Below are positions 11,645-22,361 of a stretch of 64,000 nt of DNA, piece after piece. Each line of letters starts with the position of its first letter. Position 1 is the stretch's first letter. The stretch covers positions 1,302,001 to 1,366,000 of the forward strand of contig VRMN01000004.1 of the NCBI GenBank assembly GCA_008690995.1, read 5' to 3'. The DNA is from Porphyridium purpureum (taxonomy: Eukaryota). The position numbers and the translations under genes were made by a program. Under the pieces are notes generated by a model that saw nothing but the letters and a program-made list of their open reading frames with translations, was not told where the DNA came from and ran no database searches.

Positions 11645-13603
11645 CTATGATATCGATGCGTGCGTTTTAGCATCATCAAGGGACCACTCGCACACGTACA
11701 TGTCTGTGTCCTTACCGACCCGCTCGCGCTCAGCCTTTGTAAATTTGCTGAAACTGTCCCGCATGGTGACAAAGTAGTCAGCTTTCAGGCACATGGCCAT
11801 GTCTAGCAGCGACGCCATGCCCATGCGGTCGGCTTCCGTTGGGCTCAGGTCAGTGTTGCTGTCAAGGGTTATGGCATTCGGGAAGTATTCTAGGAGCTCC
11901 GCGAGCATGGTTTTCATCGCGGCACGTACGCTGGCCTTTGTAGCAAATTCGCCCCCATGCATGCCATCGTTCAACATGTCCGTAGCTATGTAAAATCGAA
12001 AGTTGCCCTCGCCGAGCTTGCGCTCGTACGTGCGCGAAATCTCCTTCAGCTTTTGCATGCAACTCCGAGACCACTGCAGCATGTACGAACCGTCATCTAT
12101 GGCTTGCACGGCTGCCATGATGCGTCCTCCTCTAAAATGTACCGCAATGTAGGGCAGATTGGCCATCTTGCGCTCCTTCACGCTGTCGGCCAGAGATAGC
12201 ACCTTCGGCGACATGGTGACATATTTCAGATCTAATGCCTGATCATTTTCGCGCCTTTCCTTCTTTGCAAAGTTCTCAAATGCATGCTTGCGGTAGTTTT
12301 CGAACGCCAGGGTTACAGGCAGTTCACGATCACGGACTTCGCTCTGCACGAAATCGAAAATTTCGTCGAAATGCTCGTGACCAAGGTTCGAGTTTTGCGT
12401 GGCCTCCGCACCATTCACGCACAAAATCTTGTCGTAGATGACGTGCGGTGAAAGAGCCCCATAACCTTCAATCTGCGGCGGTGGCGTCGAAGACTTCGCA
12501 AGCACAGACATGGACTCGTCGCACCACCAAAACAGAGCCCGATTCTTCGCGGGCGGAATGGCCGAGTTCTCCCACACAAATATCACCAACGCAGAAACAA
12601 CACTAACAAGCCTCCACTCGTTCCCCTGCAAAAAGCGCGACGTCATTTGGGCCCACGTATGAAAGTCTTCGAGGTTTCCAAACTTGCGAATCTCCTCGAC
12701 GCTAAAGTAGTGATCCAGTGTCGCCACTGGCATCTTTTTCTTGATGAAGTGATAAGGAGTATGGAGTCCGTACTGCACCTTCGTTTCGTGCACAAATGGT
12801 GTCACAATGCTGAAGCCAACGTCTTTGCCAATGTACATCATGTGGATAAATGCGGACCTAAAATTCACAAGACGCTCCCACAAGTCCAGCAACATGACGA
12901 ATCGCTGTACGCACTGCCCGTGCATGTCCATCCACGTTTTGCAGGGACCTTTGACCAAAGAAGATGTTTGAAAGGGCCCCGTCAACGCACCAGTTTGCGC
13001 AAGTGATACTGTTGCCAACTGGCGCTCACTACGCTGGAGCTGCTCCTTCAGCGCGCGCACCTCGGCTTGGGCTGCTTTCAGCGCCTCTTCATCTACCGTC
13101 ATTTGCTGATGCGCCACAGATATCTGTTGCACACGTGCCAATTCATCCTCAAGCTGACGTTTTTTCATGGCCGACTCGGACACTTTGGCGTCACACGTTT
13201 CGTTCAGCTCCTGCACCGTGCTTCTCCACAGTCGAATCTGTTCTGTCAACTTTAAGTTTTCATTCTGTAGGACCACAAGATCTTCAGCTCGATGGCCTGC
13301 ACCGGAATCGCCATGCTCGCGGTCGCCCGCGTTGGCTGCAAATGCCAAGACCTGGAGGACCACAAAACTTACCACGCACAAAAGAGCGAGCATGAAGATC
13401 CAGACCTTGGAATGCACGTTTGTCTCTGCCTTACCGGCAGCGGCAGCTCCATTCTGTGCCGTGCCTGGTGCCATTGCCGCCACCATTCCGACTTGGGCGG
13501 CGCCCGCGGTGTAGCCGTACGTCGCCGGTGCGTAATGCGGCGCGCCCCCTCTGTACGGTATTGCTCCCGCAGGCGCAGACGGATTCGGCTGGTAGTGCTT
13601 CAT
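11645..13603 (-). CDS. Type II membrane glycosyltransferase, O-fucosyltransferase-like GT-B family
   Basis: N-proximal TM helix, coiled-coil stem, then YIAVHFRGG, FYIATD and LDMAMCLKADYFVT motifs typical of GDP-fucose-binding O-FucT families. Confidence 0.75.
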   Translation of the reverse strand: MKHYQPNPSAPAGAIPYRGGAPHYAPATYGYTAGAAQVGMVAAMAPGTAQNGAAAAGKAETNVHSKVWIFMLALLCVVSFVVLQVLAFAANAGDREHGDSGAGHRAEDLVVLQNENLKLTEQIRLWRSTVQELNETCDAKVSESAMKKRQLEDELARVQQISVAHQQMTVDEEALKAAQAEVRALKEQLQRSERQLATVSLAQTGALTGPFQTSSLVKGPCKTWMDMHGQCVQRFVMLLDLWERLVNFRSAFIHMMYIGKDVGFSIVTPFVHETKVQYGLHTPYHFIKKKMPVATLDHYFSVEEIRKFGNLEDFHTWAQMTSRFLQGNEWRLVSVVSALVIFVWENSAIPPAKNRALFWWCDESMSVLAKSSTPPPQIEGYGALSPHVIYDKILCVNGAEATQNSNLGHEHFDEIFDFVQSEVRDRELPVTLAFENYRKHAFENFAKKERRENDQALDLKYVTMSPKVLSLADSVKERKMANLPYIAVHFRGGRIMAAVQAIDDGSYMLQWSRSCMQKLKEISRTYERKLGEGNFRFYIATDMLNDGMHGGEFATKASVRAAMKTMLAELLEYFPNAITLDSNTDLSPTEADRMGMASLLDMAMCLKADYFVTMRDSFSKFTKAERERVGKDTDMYVCEWSLDDAKTHASIS

Positions 13604-13852
13604 GGCGTCCTCCGTGCGCTCCCGTCCAGCCCTCCGGACCAGCAGCTACCACGTATGTGCGCGCAGGCGCGATGCGCGACTGGTCTTTCGCGCCGCATGT
13701 CGCGCATCAACGGCTGCGTCTGGGATCGGCTTCTAGCTAGGCGCACCGCTCCCTGCTAGGGCGCGCTCGATCCAGAACCACGAACTGGACGCGGTACACT
13801 CACGGTACAGTGAACGGTGCTTACATCACGTACAGTGCTGCTGTGCCGCTCG

Positions 13853-16327
13853 ATGCGGTTGGCGCGCGCGGTGGGAGGCGGATGCGCGGCGTGGTGCGCG
13901 ACGATCCGACGCGAAGCCGACACTGCCGCGCTCAAATGGAGGGACGCGCGCGGCTGGAAGTCGAGCGCCAGCGCAAGCGCAGCGGCGTACCTGGCGGGCG
14001 TCGCTGACAGGATCACAAACCCGACAGACCTCGAGCGGCGGCGGGCCGCAGCGCGCACGCTCGACGAGCAGCTTCAGGCCGCGCAACCGGAGGTGCTGGA
14101 CGCCGCCGTTCACGCCTTTCTGCGATGCTCGCTGGAGCTCTCCGCAAAGGCGCCCCTGTACGCAACTCTTCTGGCGCTTCTCATGCGCACCGTCGCCAAG
14201 GGCGTCGAGTTTGTCGGACGCTTCTTGGGAGCCTTTCTTGGAACCCTTCACAATGTGCTCAGAGAGGGCGAGGCCGCAAGGGCCAGGCGAATGCTCCGCT
14301 TCATGGCTGAGCTTGTGAATGCGAATGTGCTCAACGCTAAATATTTCATGCACTTTCTGATCAGGCTCGTGCAGGGCTCCCACGCAGAGCACCAGATCCG
14401 GCCAAAACTTCACGCCCGCAAGCGGTTCTTGGCTGATATTGCGCTGTCGTGTCTACCTTGGTGTGGATCTGCACTCGTTCGCCTTGAGCCGGAGCTTCTA
14501 CATGAACTGACATCTCTGTCCAACTCTTTTCGTCAGATTTACATGGCAAGCCAGGAATGGAGCTTCTTGCGCCCCATGAAGCCTGACGGCGTTAACCCAT
14601 CTCGAACGCGTCAACCCGATGCTTCGGTACCGGGCGCGGTGCACTGCGAAGATCGGCTGCTGCTGGTTTTTCAAGCCGTTGACGAGTTAAGCAACAACAA
14701 CTGGGAATGCGCAGTTCCCCTAAAGCCTTACCGCCTCTTCGAGGCAGAATTAGCAAATGGGATGACGCTGGAACCCCCGACAGAAATCAGCATACCGCCG
14801 CACTCGCGCACCAGTCGATACTCAGCGGCAGAGTTCCTCTTCCATTTTGACCTTTCCCCAGCCGAGGAGGAAGAAGCCGGTGACAAGAAGCGGTTGAGTT
14901 TGGCCATGGAAAAGCTGGTCATTTCTGACTACGTGTGTGATATTTTGGACAACTTTGGCGCAAATTATCAGCTTGGAGTGGAACGTTTTCTGCAAATCCC
15001 GACACCGTACTATTATAAGCATCGCGTGGTGGAGACTGTGCTTTCCACCATGCTGGCGCTGCCAAGAAGCAAGTCGCCGCTTGTCTACTATGGCGTGAGC
15101 CTTGCTCACGCCTGTCGCGTGCGTGGGGGAGGCGTGCCCTTCCCCTTGATGAATTGCACAGAACAGCTGTACCTGCACTGCGCTGAGTTGGACGCGGAAG
15201 TTTTCGATCGGTTTGCCGAATGGTTTGCGTATCATCTGAACAACTTTCAATTCCAGTGGAACTGGGAGGACTGGGTTGATGTGACGGAAGACAAGGCAGA
15301 CGACGCAAATCGAGGCAGTCATGCTCGACCATTTAAAGCGCTCTTTGTGAAGATGGTGCTTGATCGTCTGACACGGCATGCGAGTCTTGAGGAAATCAAG
15401 GGAATTTTGCCGGAGGAGCTGCACCCTCTTCTGCCGCCAAAGCCTGAGCCTGACCTCGATATGTTTGGACAGGATCCGCAAGTGCAGAGTTTGCGAGGGA
15501 TAATTACGGGTAAGGGGAAGCTGGAGCTTGACCAAGTACGTGCAGAATTGTACGAAGCAACTGCTCGCTCAAACAGCGTGTATCGGTTTTGCTTGCTGGT
15601 GAAGGCGTTGCTCCTGGGAAGCATGAAAACGTACAGCCACTTTGACATTATTTCAGAAAGGTACATGCCCCTTCTCCGTGAGCTGGCGCTCGCAGCTGGC
15701 GAGACCGGCCAGGCTGAAGCGATTAGTATTGCGCTCCGATTTTGGCGGAATTCTGCTCAGAACTCGTGTTTTATCTTAAACCGATTCAACTACTTGGGCA
15801 TTATTCCAGACACCACGACTGCGACCACGCTTGTGCCCGTGGGCCATAGCGACATGGATCCGAACGAGCTTCAGGCGATGCTGTACCGATTCGAAGTGTG
15901 GGAATATTTGCGTGAAATCGTCCTGCGGAACGCACTAGCGCTAGATCGTGCGAATCGGGAGGTAACAATAGCGGCCTATGCTGCAAACCATGCCACTGAA
16001 GGCGAAGCGGAAGCGGCGCTCGCGGCTTTGGATTCGGCGCGGAGCGCGCAAGAACAATGCAGAGTGAGTATTCAAAATATCCTCCTAGTGGTTCTGTCGC
16101 AGCTGTTTGCCTTGTATGCTGTCATCCTTCGCTCTCTACCGGAGAATAACAGTTCCCGGGCAGTGCTGGTGTGGCGCGTGCGCGGCATGATCATTGAATT
16201 CGCGCGGAAAACGCCTGATACAACCTCGGCAATTTTGCCGCGCATTCAGTACGCCCAGGATTTGGTTGAGCTGCAGCGGTGTATCGATGAGTTGCATGTC
16301 ATCAGTGAATGCAATATTTTGGAGTGA
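13853..16327 (+). CDS. NCBP1: Nuclear cap-binding protein subunit 1 (CBP80)
   Basis: MIF4G-like KAPLYATLL and FDRFAEWFAYHLNNFQFQWNWEDW. Start uncertain; first in-frame ATG is at 13853. Confidence 0.9.
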   Translation: MRLARAVGGGCAAWCATIRREADTAALKWRDARGWKSSASASAAAYLAGVADRITNPTDLERRRAAARTLDEQLQAAQPEVLDAAVHAFLRCSLELSAKAPLYATLLALLMRTVAKGVEFVGRFLGAFLGTLHNVLREGEAARARRMLRFMAELVNANVLNAKYFMHFLIRLVQGSHAEHQIRPKLHARKRFLADIALSCLPWCGSALVRLEPELLHELTSLSNSFRQIYMASQEWSFLRPMKPDGVNPSRTRQPDASVPGAVHCEDRLLLVFQAVDELSNNNWECAVPLKPYRLFEAELANGMTLEPPTEISIPPHSRTSRYSAAEFLFHFDLSPAEEEEAGDKKRLSLAMEKLVISDYVCDILDNFGANYQLGVERFLQIPTPYYYKHRVVETVLSTMLALPRSKSPLVYYGVSLAHACRVRGGGVPFPLMNCTEQLYLHCAELDAEVFDRFAEWFAYHLNNFQFQWNWEDWVDVTEDKADDANRGSHARPFKALFVKMVLDRLTRHASLEEIKGILPEELHPLLPPKPEPDLDMFGQDPQVQSLRGIITGKGKLELDQVRAELYEATARSNSVYRFCLLVKALLLGSMKTYSHFDIISERYMPLLRELALAAGETGQAEAISIALRFWRNSAQNSCFILNRFNYLGIIPDTTTATTLVPVGHSDMDPNELQAMLYRFEVWEYLREIVLRNALALDRANREVTIAAYAANHATEGEAEAALAALDSARSAQEQCRVSIQNILLVVLSQLFALYAVILRSLPENNSSRAVLVWRVRGMIIEFARKTPDTTSAILPRIQYAQDLVELQRCIDELHVISECNILE

Positions 16328-16780
16328 GAGGTACGAAGCATGTGGAATGTCGGTTCTTTAGGTTTAGAGAGATCGGGAAAAAGTCTCACCTTCTACTCCT
16401 TCTCCCTGAAAGAGCACGCTCTCTCGTGAATATCTGAAACCCATTTGCTGGTTGTTCCTCACGGCTTCACCAAGAAAATCACGGTTACGAAAACTTCTCT
16501 CTTTCAGCGGGGATGGGGGGGAATTCTTCCCCGAAATATGCTTTCAGAACTATTTCTCCCCGAACTTGCAACATTGGCGAAAGTTGCTCTTCCCTGCTGA
16601 TGTGATAGGGCACCTTACGATATAGTTTCCAGGGGTGACTGGAGGGTCTCCATTGGCAGACGGACCCTGCTGATATCAGGGACACACACGGGATCAAGTA
16701 GAAGCCACCATAAGCACCTCCAAGTCGCCAGCGTCATCCAAACTTCTTCCTTTGGTAGATGCCCGATCGCGCGAGGCCGA

Positions 16781-17335
16781 CTATTTCCCGATCATGTCGT
16801 CCAGATGTCGGATAAGGCCCGGCATGACGGTATAATCATGTGCGATGATGAGATTCTTCTTCGCCGAGGCCACTTCCTCGATTTGCATCTGGATGAATTC
16901 GTCGAGAAAAACGCCGGTCGATTTGTCGCCATCCTTCTCAGCGAGTTCGGCCAGAGCTTGGATCTTGCCAGAAATGCTCTTCTCGTGCTCGTAGGCGTCA
17001 GCGAATACGTCCACGTGCTTTGGCCAACTTGCCTTGGGCGCCTTGACCGAAGGCACTTGTGGCATACCTCCTCGCTTGACCATGTAGTTCATGAATGTCA
17101 CGGCATGGGTGCGCTCTTCCAGCGACTCCTTCTCGAAGAAGTTTGCGATTCCATCGAGGCGGAAGTTCTTAAAGTAGAAGGACATGGAGAGATATGTAGC
17201 GCTTGCATTAAATTCTTCGGCAACATGAGCATTGAGCGCCTTTTCCATATTGGGGCTCAGCATAGAGCCGCCAGACGCGGTGGTCATGGTCGAGAGGGCG
17301 CGCCGCACGGCCGCAGCTGAGCGAATCAGCACCAT
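16781..17335 (-). CDS. Non-heme ferritin (prokaryotic FtnA-like) with an organellar presequence
   Basis: Ferroxidase residues in AEEFNASATY, EERTHA, EHE and QIEE. N-terminus MVLIRSAAAVRRALSTM from ATG 17335. Confidence 0.88.
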   Translation of the reverse strand: MVLIRSAAAVRRALSTMTTASGGSMLSPNMEKALNAHVAEEFNASATYLSMSFYFKNFRLDGIANFFEKESLEERTHAVTFMNYMVKRGGMPQVPSVKAPKASWPKHVDVFADAYEHEKSISGKIQALAELAEKDGDKSTGVFLDEFIQMQIEEVASAKKNLIIAHDYTVMPGLIRHLDDMIGK

Positions 17336-17861
17336 GGTTTCAAACTTGCCACTCGTGATGTCTATCCGGCTGCTGCTATCCGCGTCGTCGCGCACGTGTG
17401 GTGCACCGTCCACGCACAAACCGCAGCAGTCTCGGTCTCGAGCGCGAGCGAACAAGTAGCAAGAGCTGAAGCGGCGTCATGCCGTGCGCCACCCGCGCTT
17501 CCAACGCGCACTGTACCGACGGCTGTGCGGATGTACAGTTCGCGCACCAATTCCAGTACCCCGGTAGTGTACAAATCGCGCGCTGCTTGTTCTTTGTTTT
17601 CTTGGGATGCGCTCGATCGTGCCAGTCGCTTGGGGGGCGTGGCGATCGTGCTGCGGTTTGTGCAGGCGGACGGTGCGTCACGGCGAGAAGACAAGCGCGC
17701 TGGTGCGGGTACGGGTGCGGGCGCGCGCCGACGAAGCTCAATTCGGCGGGGGCGTCGAACGGTCACGCAGAAGCTAAGGGTGGGCGCTGCTCCGAGCGCG
17801 CATCATCGCTTGCCTTCCGCACGGGAACGGCGAAGGATCGAGGTAGACAGCCCCGACTGAC

Positions 17862-19673
17862 ATGGCAGAGGATGAGCATCATCGCAAGGACCCTGTGCCC
17901 GCACAGGTGGGTGAAGGGCGCAAGCGCTTCAATATTATCCGCACTGCGCATCTGGGCTCCGGGCACTTTGGAGACGTGTATATGGGCACGCACTACAGCA
18001 CCATGAAGAAGGTCGCGGTCAAGCTGGAGCACCGCTCGGGCAGTATTGCAAGAAGGGAGTGGGAGGTCATGCGAGCCATGGACGGGGACGGGGTTCCTGC
18101 CGTTTATTACACTGGCATGAGCGGCAGATATTACGTCATGGTCATGGATTTGCTCGGCCCGACGCTCCAGCGCATTCTCGAGTCGTCACCAAACAGGAAC
18201 CTCCCTTGGGAGACTGTCTCGGCCATCGGCACCAAGTGCGTCGAACTTCTGAGGAAACTGCACCGGCGTGGATATGTCCATGGTGATGTAAAGCCAGAAA
18301 ATTTTCTGTGTGCATTCCGCGATGATAGCAATTCGGCTCCTCGAGACGGCTTGTTCATGGTCGATCTCGGCCTGGCGAGCAAGTGGGCTGATCCATCCTT
18401 GCCTGGAGGCCACATCAGCTACGGGCAGCGAATCGATCACTTTTCGGGAACTGTAAGGTACGCTTCGGTGAATGCACACTTGGGAAGGTGGCTATCACGC
18501 AGAGACGATCTGGAGTCTCTAGGTTACATGCTGCTTTATTTGTTCAACGGGTCATTGCCATGGCAGGGCTACTGTGGTGATGATAAGAATATGCACGTCT
18601 GCGAGACGAAGGGCCGCCTCACGGTCGATGTGTTGTGTCGGAGCGCGCCAGAAGTCATGCAGTACTATCTTGCGTACGTTCGTGCGCTGAAGTTCGAGGA
18701 GGCGCCTGATTATGATTATCTCATGCTCGTATTGGACCACAACCGTGGCATGAAGGAGATCCGTAAGCTATTGACACTCAAGGCCCCGAAGGATTCTCCG
18801 CCGGCAGGGAACGGTTCCGTCAGCGGCGCGGCGTCGGTGGGAAGCAAGCGCAAGCGCGGCGATGACGCTGAGGATGCGGACTCTCAGGCGCTCAAGAAGC
18901 ATAAGGTCGTTGTACCCAAGCGTATCAAAACGCACCAGTGGGTTATTGTATCCACGTCTTCACGCACGGGGAACTCGCCGCACACCCAGTGCTACACTTC
19001 TCATACGACGTATGCGAATCTTGCAAAGGAGGTGGAGAAAAAGTGGTCGCACGGTATGCGCATCACGTCGCTCAACTTTGCTGGCCAGATGTGGACGGCT
19101 GTTCTGAATGCCCAAAATAGTGGATATCTTGAGCAAGCTCTCCACTACTGCCCCGAATCTGAATTTCCACGCGACTGGGTTCGCCGAAAATGGGATGAAG
19201 GATTCTTCATTACGTCGGTCGCCGGCAATGACAACTGCTGGGGCGTAGTCTGCTCCACCATGCAGCGCGGTCGTAAATACAAGCAACAAAGCTATATTGT
19301 ATCGGCAACGTTTCCGAGCAAGTGGGTGAGCGAGAAATGGGCCGGTGGATACTTCATCACAGCGATCGCCACGCAAGGCTGTTTCCAGCAGCAATGGTGC
19401 GTTGTTATGAGTCGTGGTGCTCCGTATAAGGATCAATGTGTGGAGCTAGATTTCGGATATCCGAGTGAGAGTATTCATTATCGGTGGGATGAGAACTACA
19501 TGATTACCGCGATTGCGTGCACCCAAGACCAGAGCGCTTACGTGCTCAGCCGTGGCCATTGTTTTGGGGAAGAACAGCGAGCCACGCGCACTTCACATGG
19601 CCCCCTTCATAAGATACGGGAGGACTGGAACGATCTGCTGTACGTGAGCTGTTTGGCGTATGGACGCGTGTAA
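17862..19673 (+). CDS. Casein kinase 1 family, MUT9/MLK (PPK/AEL)-like kinase
   Basis: HGDVKPEN, DLGLA, GTVRYASVNAHLG and SRRDDLESL. The C-terminal domain YKQQSY..S..FP.KW..KW..GY.IT / DQCVELDFGYPSE.IH.RW is characteristic of plant MLKs. Confidence 0.9.
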   Translation: MAEDEHHRKDPVPAQVGEGRKRFNIIRTAHLGSGHFGDVYMGTHYSTMKKVAVKLEHRSGSIARREWEVMRAMDGDGVPAVYYTGMSGRYYVMVMDLLGPTLQRILESSPNRNLPWETVSAIGTKCVELLRKLHRRGYVHGDVKPENFLCAFRDDSNSAPRDGLFMVDLGLASKWADPSLPGGHISYGQRIDHFSGTVRYASVNAHLGRWLSRRDDLESLGYMLLYLFNGSLPWQGYCGDDKNMHVCETKGRLTVDVLCRSAPEVMQYYLAYVRALKFEEAPDYDYLMLVLDHNRGMKEIRKLLTLKAPKDSPPAGNGSVSGAASVGSKRKRGDDAEDADSQALKKHKVVVPKRIKTHQWVIVSTSSRTGNSPHTQCYTSHTTYANLAKEVEKKWSHGMRITSLNFAGQMWTAVLNAQNSGYLEQALHYCPESEFPRDWVRRKWDEGFFITSVAGNDNCWGVVCSTMQRGRKYKQQSYIVSATFPSKWVSEKWAGGYFITAIATQGCFQQQWCVVMSRGAPYKDQCVELDFGYPSESIHYRWDENYMITAIACTQDQSAYVLSRGHCFGEEQRATRTSHGPLHKIREDWNDLLYVSCLAYGRV

Positions 19674-19763
19674 TGGTGGACGTGTTTGGAAACCAGGCAT
19701 GTGCATAGCGTCTGGTGGGACCATCGTATTCGTTGCTTATGCCATCCAAAGTCAGGCAAAGCC

Positions 19764-19799
<36 letters not shown>
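19764..19799. repeat. (TGCG)9 microsatellite
   Basis: Direct reading. Confidence 0.95.
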
Positions 19800-19800
<1 letters not shown>

Positions 19801-20029
19801 GGGCTTCTGTGCGAACCAAGTGATACGCGTGTCCCTGTGCTAAGCGGGCGATACCTTGGGACGAAAAGTAAGCGGAAATTTGTATCTTGTCCTGTAGCTT
19901 TCGATCCATAAACTTGAAAGAGACATGTTTCTTTGCTGAAGAACCAATTTATACGAAAGCAGGTCAAGTCAAGTCAGAGAGTCACACTCTCTCACTAGAG
20001 GATGCAGAGAACTGCGCGGTTGCGTTATC

Positions 20030-21667
20030 CTACTCCAACACCTTTTTGAACGGGTGCATGTGATCAGGGAAGAACCAGTCGCACTCGGTGCCTGGTTCGG
20101 TGGGCTTAATGGGCACCTTGATATCACGCATGAAAGCACGGATTAGCTCACAGCCCTCCTCGACGCTGGTATCAGTAATGACTCGGATCTCTCCGATCCA
20201 ATCCGGAACGCCGTCCTTTGGCCCAATAACCTTCTCTCCTTTCTTTTTGAAGTAGTGAACGAAGGACACGCGTGGATCCTTCTTCAAGTCATTCAACCAA
20301 TCCTCACTCTCCATGGTCCCTGTAAAAGGCGCATTGATTGCAGTCTCTGAAAAGAATCTCATTGGCGTTGGAGGGATGACTGGCCGAATCGGAATTTTTA
20401 GCACGGCCATCATGTGCTCCTCGACAAGGTCCACTCCCCATGCAACCCTGTTGCAGTCATACACAGACACACCGCCCATACGAGCGTTTACCTCGATCAT
20501 CCGCGGACCGCGTGAAGTGTACTTGCACTCCACGTGGAAAACCCCGTACTTGAAGCCTAGAGCCAGCGTGGTGTCCACAGAAAGCTTAATCAGTTCGTCC
20601 TGTTTGGACTGCGGGTAGGCTGATGGGCAATTGGTGCCTACTTCCTGGAACCAGGGCTCCCAGCAAGCCCAGTTGTCCGATACCTTTGCATAGACGCACT
20701 CTCCTTCAAACAGGAGGATATCAATGTCAAACTCATCTCCGTCATAGTATTCCTCGAGAACCATTTCTGTTCCCTGTGCCCAGATTGTGTCCGCCGACAC
20801 GTCAAGCGTCTTGAAGATCTTGTCGTACGCCACGTGCACCATCTCCGTGTCCGCCACCTTGTTGACGCCCATCGAGGCGGCTCCGAAGACAGGTTTGAGG
20901 ATGGCTGGGAAACCGACATAGTCGGCTGCCGCGTCAATGTCATCCTTTGTGAAGATCGACTTGAACTTGGGTACCGGAAGGCCGCACGCTGCCATTACCT
21001 GGCGCGTGACACGCTTGTTGCGCGCCTGGTCGCACGCTAGAACTGAATTTGCTTCCAGTCCGAGGGCCGAAGCCAGGCGGGCCGCCAAAGCCACCGCATC
21101 CTCAAAGTAGGTGGTCACTGCGTCGAATTTCTGCTCCATTCCAAAGATGACGTCCATCGCTCGCTCAAAGACCGTGGCGTGGTCTGTGAAATCAAGCTCG
21201 GCGAATCCTTCGAGCAGACCCTCCTCTGCCGCGCCCCTCCAGATCGAGTCTGGACCGTCCATGATCGTGACGTGCACGCCAAGCTCCTTCAGCCTTTCGT
21301 ACACAAAGCGCTTTCCGGAGTAACCTCCCTGGATAATAAGCACGTTGGCGCCCCGCAGCAATTTGCGACGCAAAGCTTGCGCCTCATCCGAAGCGACCTT
21401 GAGCTTGTCTGGCTTGAGCGCAGGCAGGTTCTGAAACATGGGGCTGAGCAACGACGACGGCGTGGCGTCGACAAACGACTTCATAATCGGGCTGTCACCA
21501 GCGATCAGCTGCATACCTGGGGGCATGAAGTTTGCACGCAGCGAGCTGCCGTACACCTCGGCGTCCGCACCGAGCTCGTCCTGCATCGAGGCGTCGGGAA
21601 TGCGCTCACGCTGCATTCCCGGCATATGGCGCCGATCCAGCGCATAATCAATCGGAACGGACGACAT
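20030..21667 (-). CDS. ATP-grasp amino-acid ligase (carnosine-synthase/L-amino-acid-ligase-like)
   Basis: ARNKRVTR, GFPAILKPVFGAASMGV, LEEYYDGDEFDID, GVFHVE and IEVNARMGG motifs. Confidence 0.85.
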   Translation of the reverse strand: MSSVPIDYALDRRHMPGMQRERIPDASMQDELGADAEVYGSSLRANFMPPGMQLIAGDSPIMKSFVDATPSSLLSPMFQNLPALKPDKLKVASDEAQALRRKLLRGANVLIIQGGYSGKRFVYERLKELGVHVTIMDGPDSIWRGAAEEGLLEGFAELDFTDHATVFERAMDVIFGMEQKFDAVTTYFEDAVALAARLASALGLEANSVLACDQARNKRVTRQVMAACGLPVPKFKSIFTKDDIDAAADYVGFPAILKPVFGAASMGVNKVADTEMVHVAYDKIFKTLDVSADTIWAQGTEMVLEEYYDGDEFDIDILLFEGECVYAKVSDNWACWEPWFQEVGTNCPSAYPQSKQDELIKLSVDTTLALGFKYGVFHVECKYTSRGPRMIEVNARMGGVSVYDCNRVAWGVDLVEEHMMAVLKIPIRPVIPPTPMRFFSETAINAPFTGTMESEDWLNDLKKDPRVSFVHYFKKKGEKVIGPKDGVPDWIGEIRVITDTSVEEGCELIRAFMRDIKVPIKPTEPGTECDWFFPDHMHPFKKVLE

Positions 21668-21923
21668 GGCTGCTTATCTCGCGCGCCCCGTCCCCCTCTC
21701 TCCTCTGCAACACGCGCTCTCGAACCCCCCCCAACCCCGCTGCTTGTCTCCCCTCCTCTCCTCCTATCGGTAAATCCCTGAGCACCTCTGCTGCCGCCGC
21801 GTGCGTTCCTAACCACCTCCACCCCCGGCAGGTTTGTTGTCTCAGCCAACGTCGTGCAACCCTCTGCTGCGCCGAGCGATTGCGCGCAGGTTCTTAACGC
21901 CACCGACAAAGCCTTCCACGTGA

Positions 21924-21986
21924 CACACGCACACACACGTACACACACGCACACACACGCGCACACACACGCGCACACACACACGC
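21924..21986. repeat. Interrupted (CA)n microsatellite
   Basis: Direct reading. Confidence 0.85.
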
Positions 21987-22361
21987 CAGCAGCCGTTTAC
22001 GCTGGGGCGCACTCGGTGCGTTGTCCACGTACCCCAAAACGCGCAAAACCCCCGCGCCGCACCGTACCGGCCGGGCAGCCGTGGCGGTTCATACCAACGC
22101 GGCGCGGTTTATACCAACGTGCGCGGCTGCCAGCCCGCCAACGGAACCGCGCGCCACGTGCGGCACGTCCTGCCGCACTGTACCACGCCGCACGCAAGCC
22201 GCGTGGAATGCAGCATTGTATTGGCATCGCGCGCGAGCCAGCCGGATCAGCCGCAGCACCAGACCCTCGGCACACGCGCAAACCGAAACCGCGTGCGCAT
22301 GCGCGCCGCGCGCGGGTCTCGTGAGCGCGCGGACAGCGGCACTGCGTGCGCGCGAGAAGAA

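Noticed and set aside
13936..14010. Alternative NCBP1 first exon MEGRARLEVERQRKRSG with a 24-nt GT..AG intron
   Set aside because: A 24-nt intron would not shift into the NCBP1 frame and is implausibly short.
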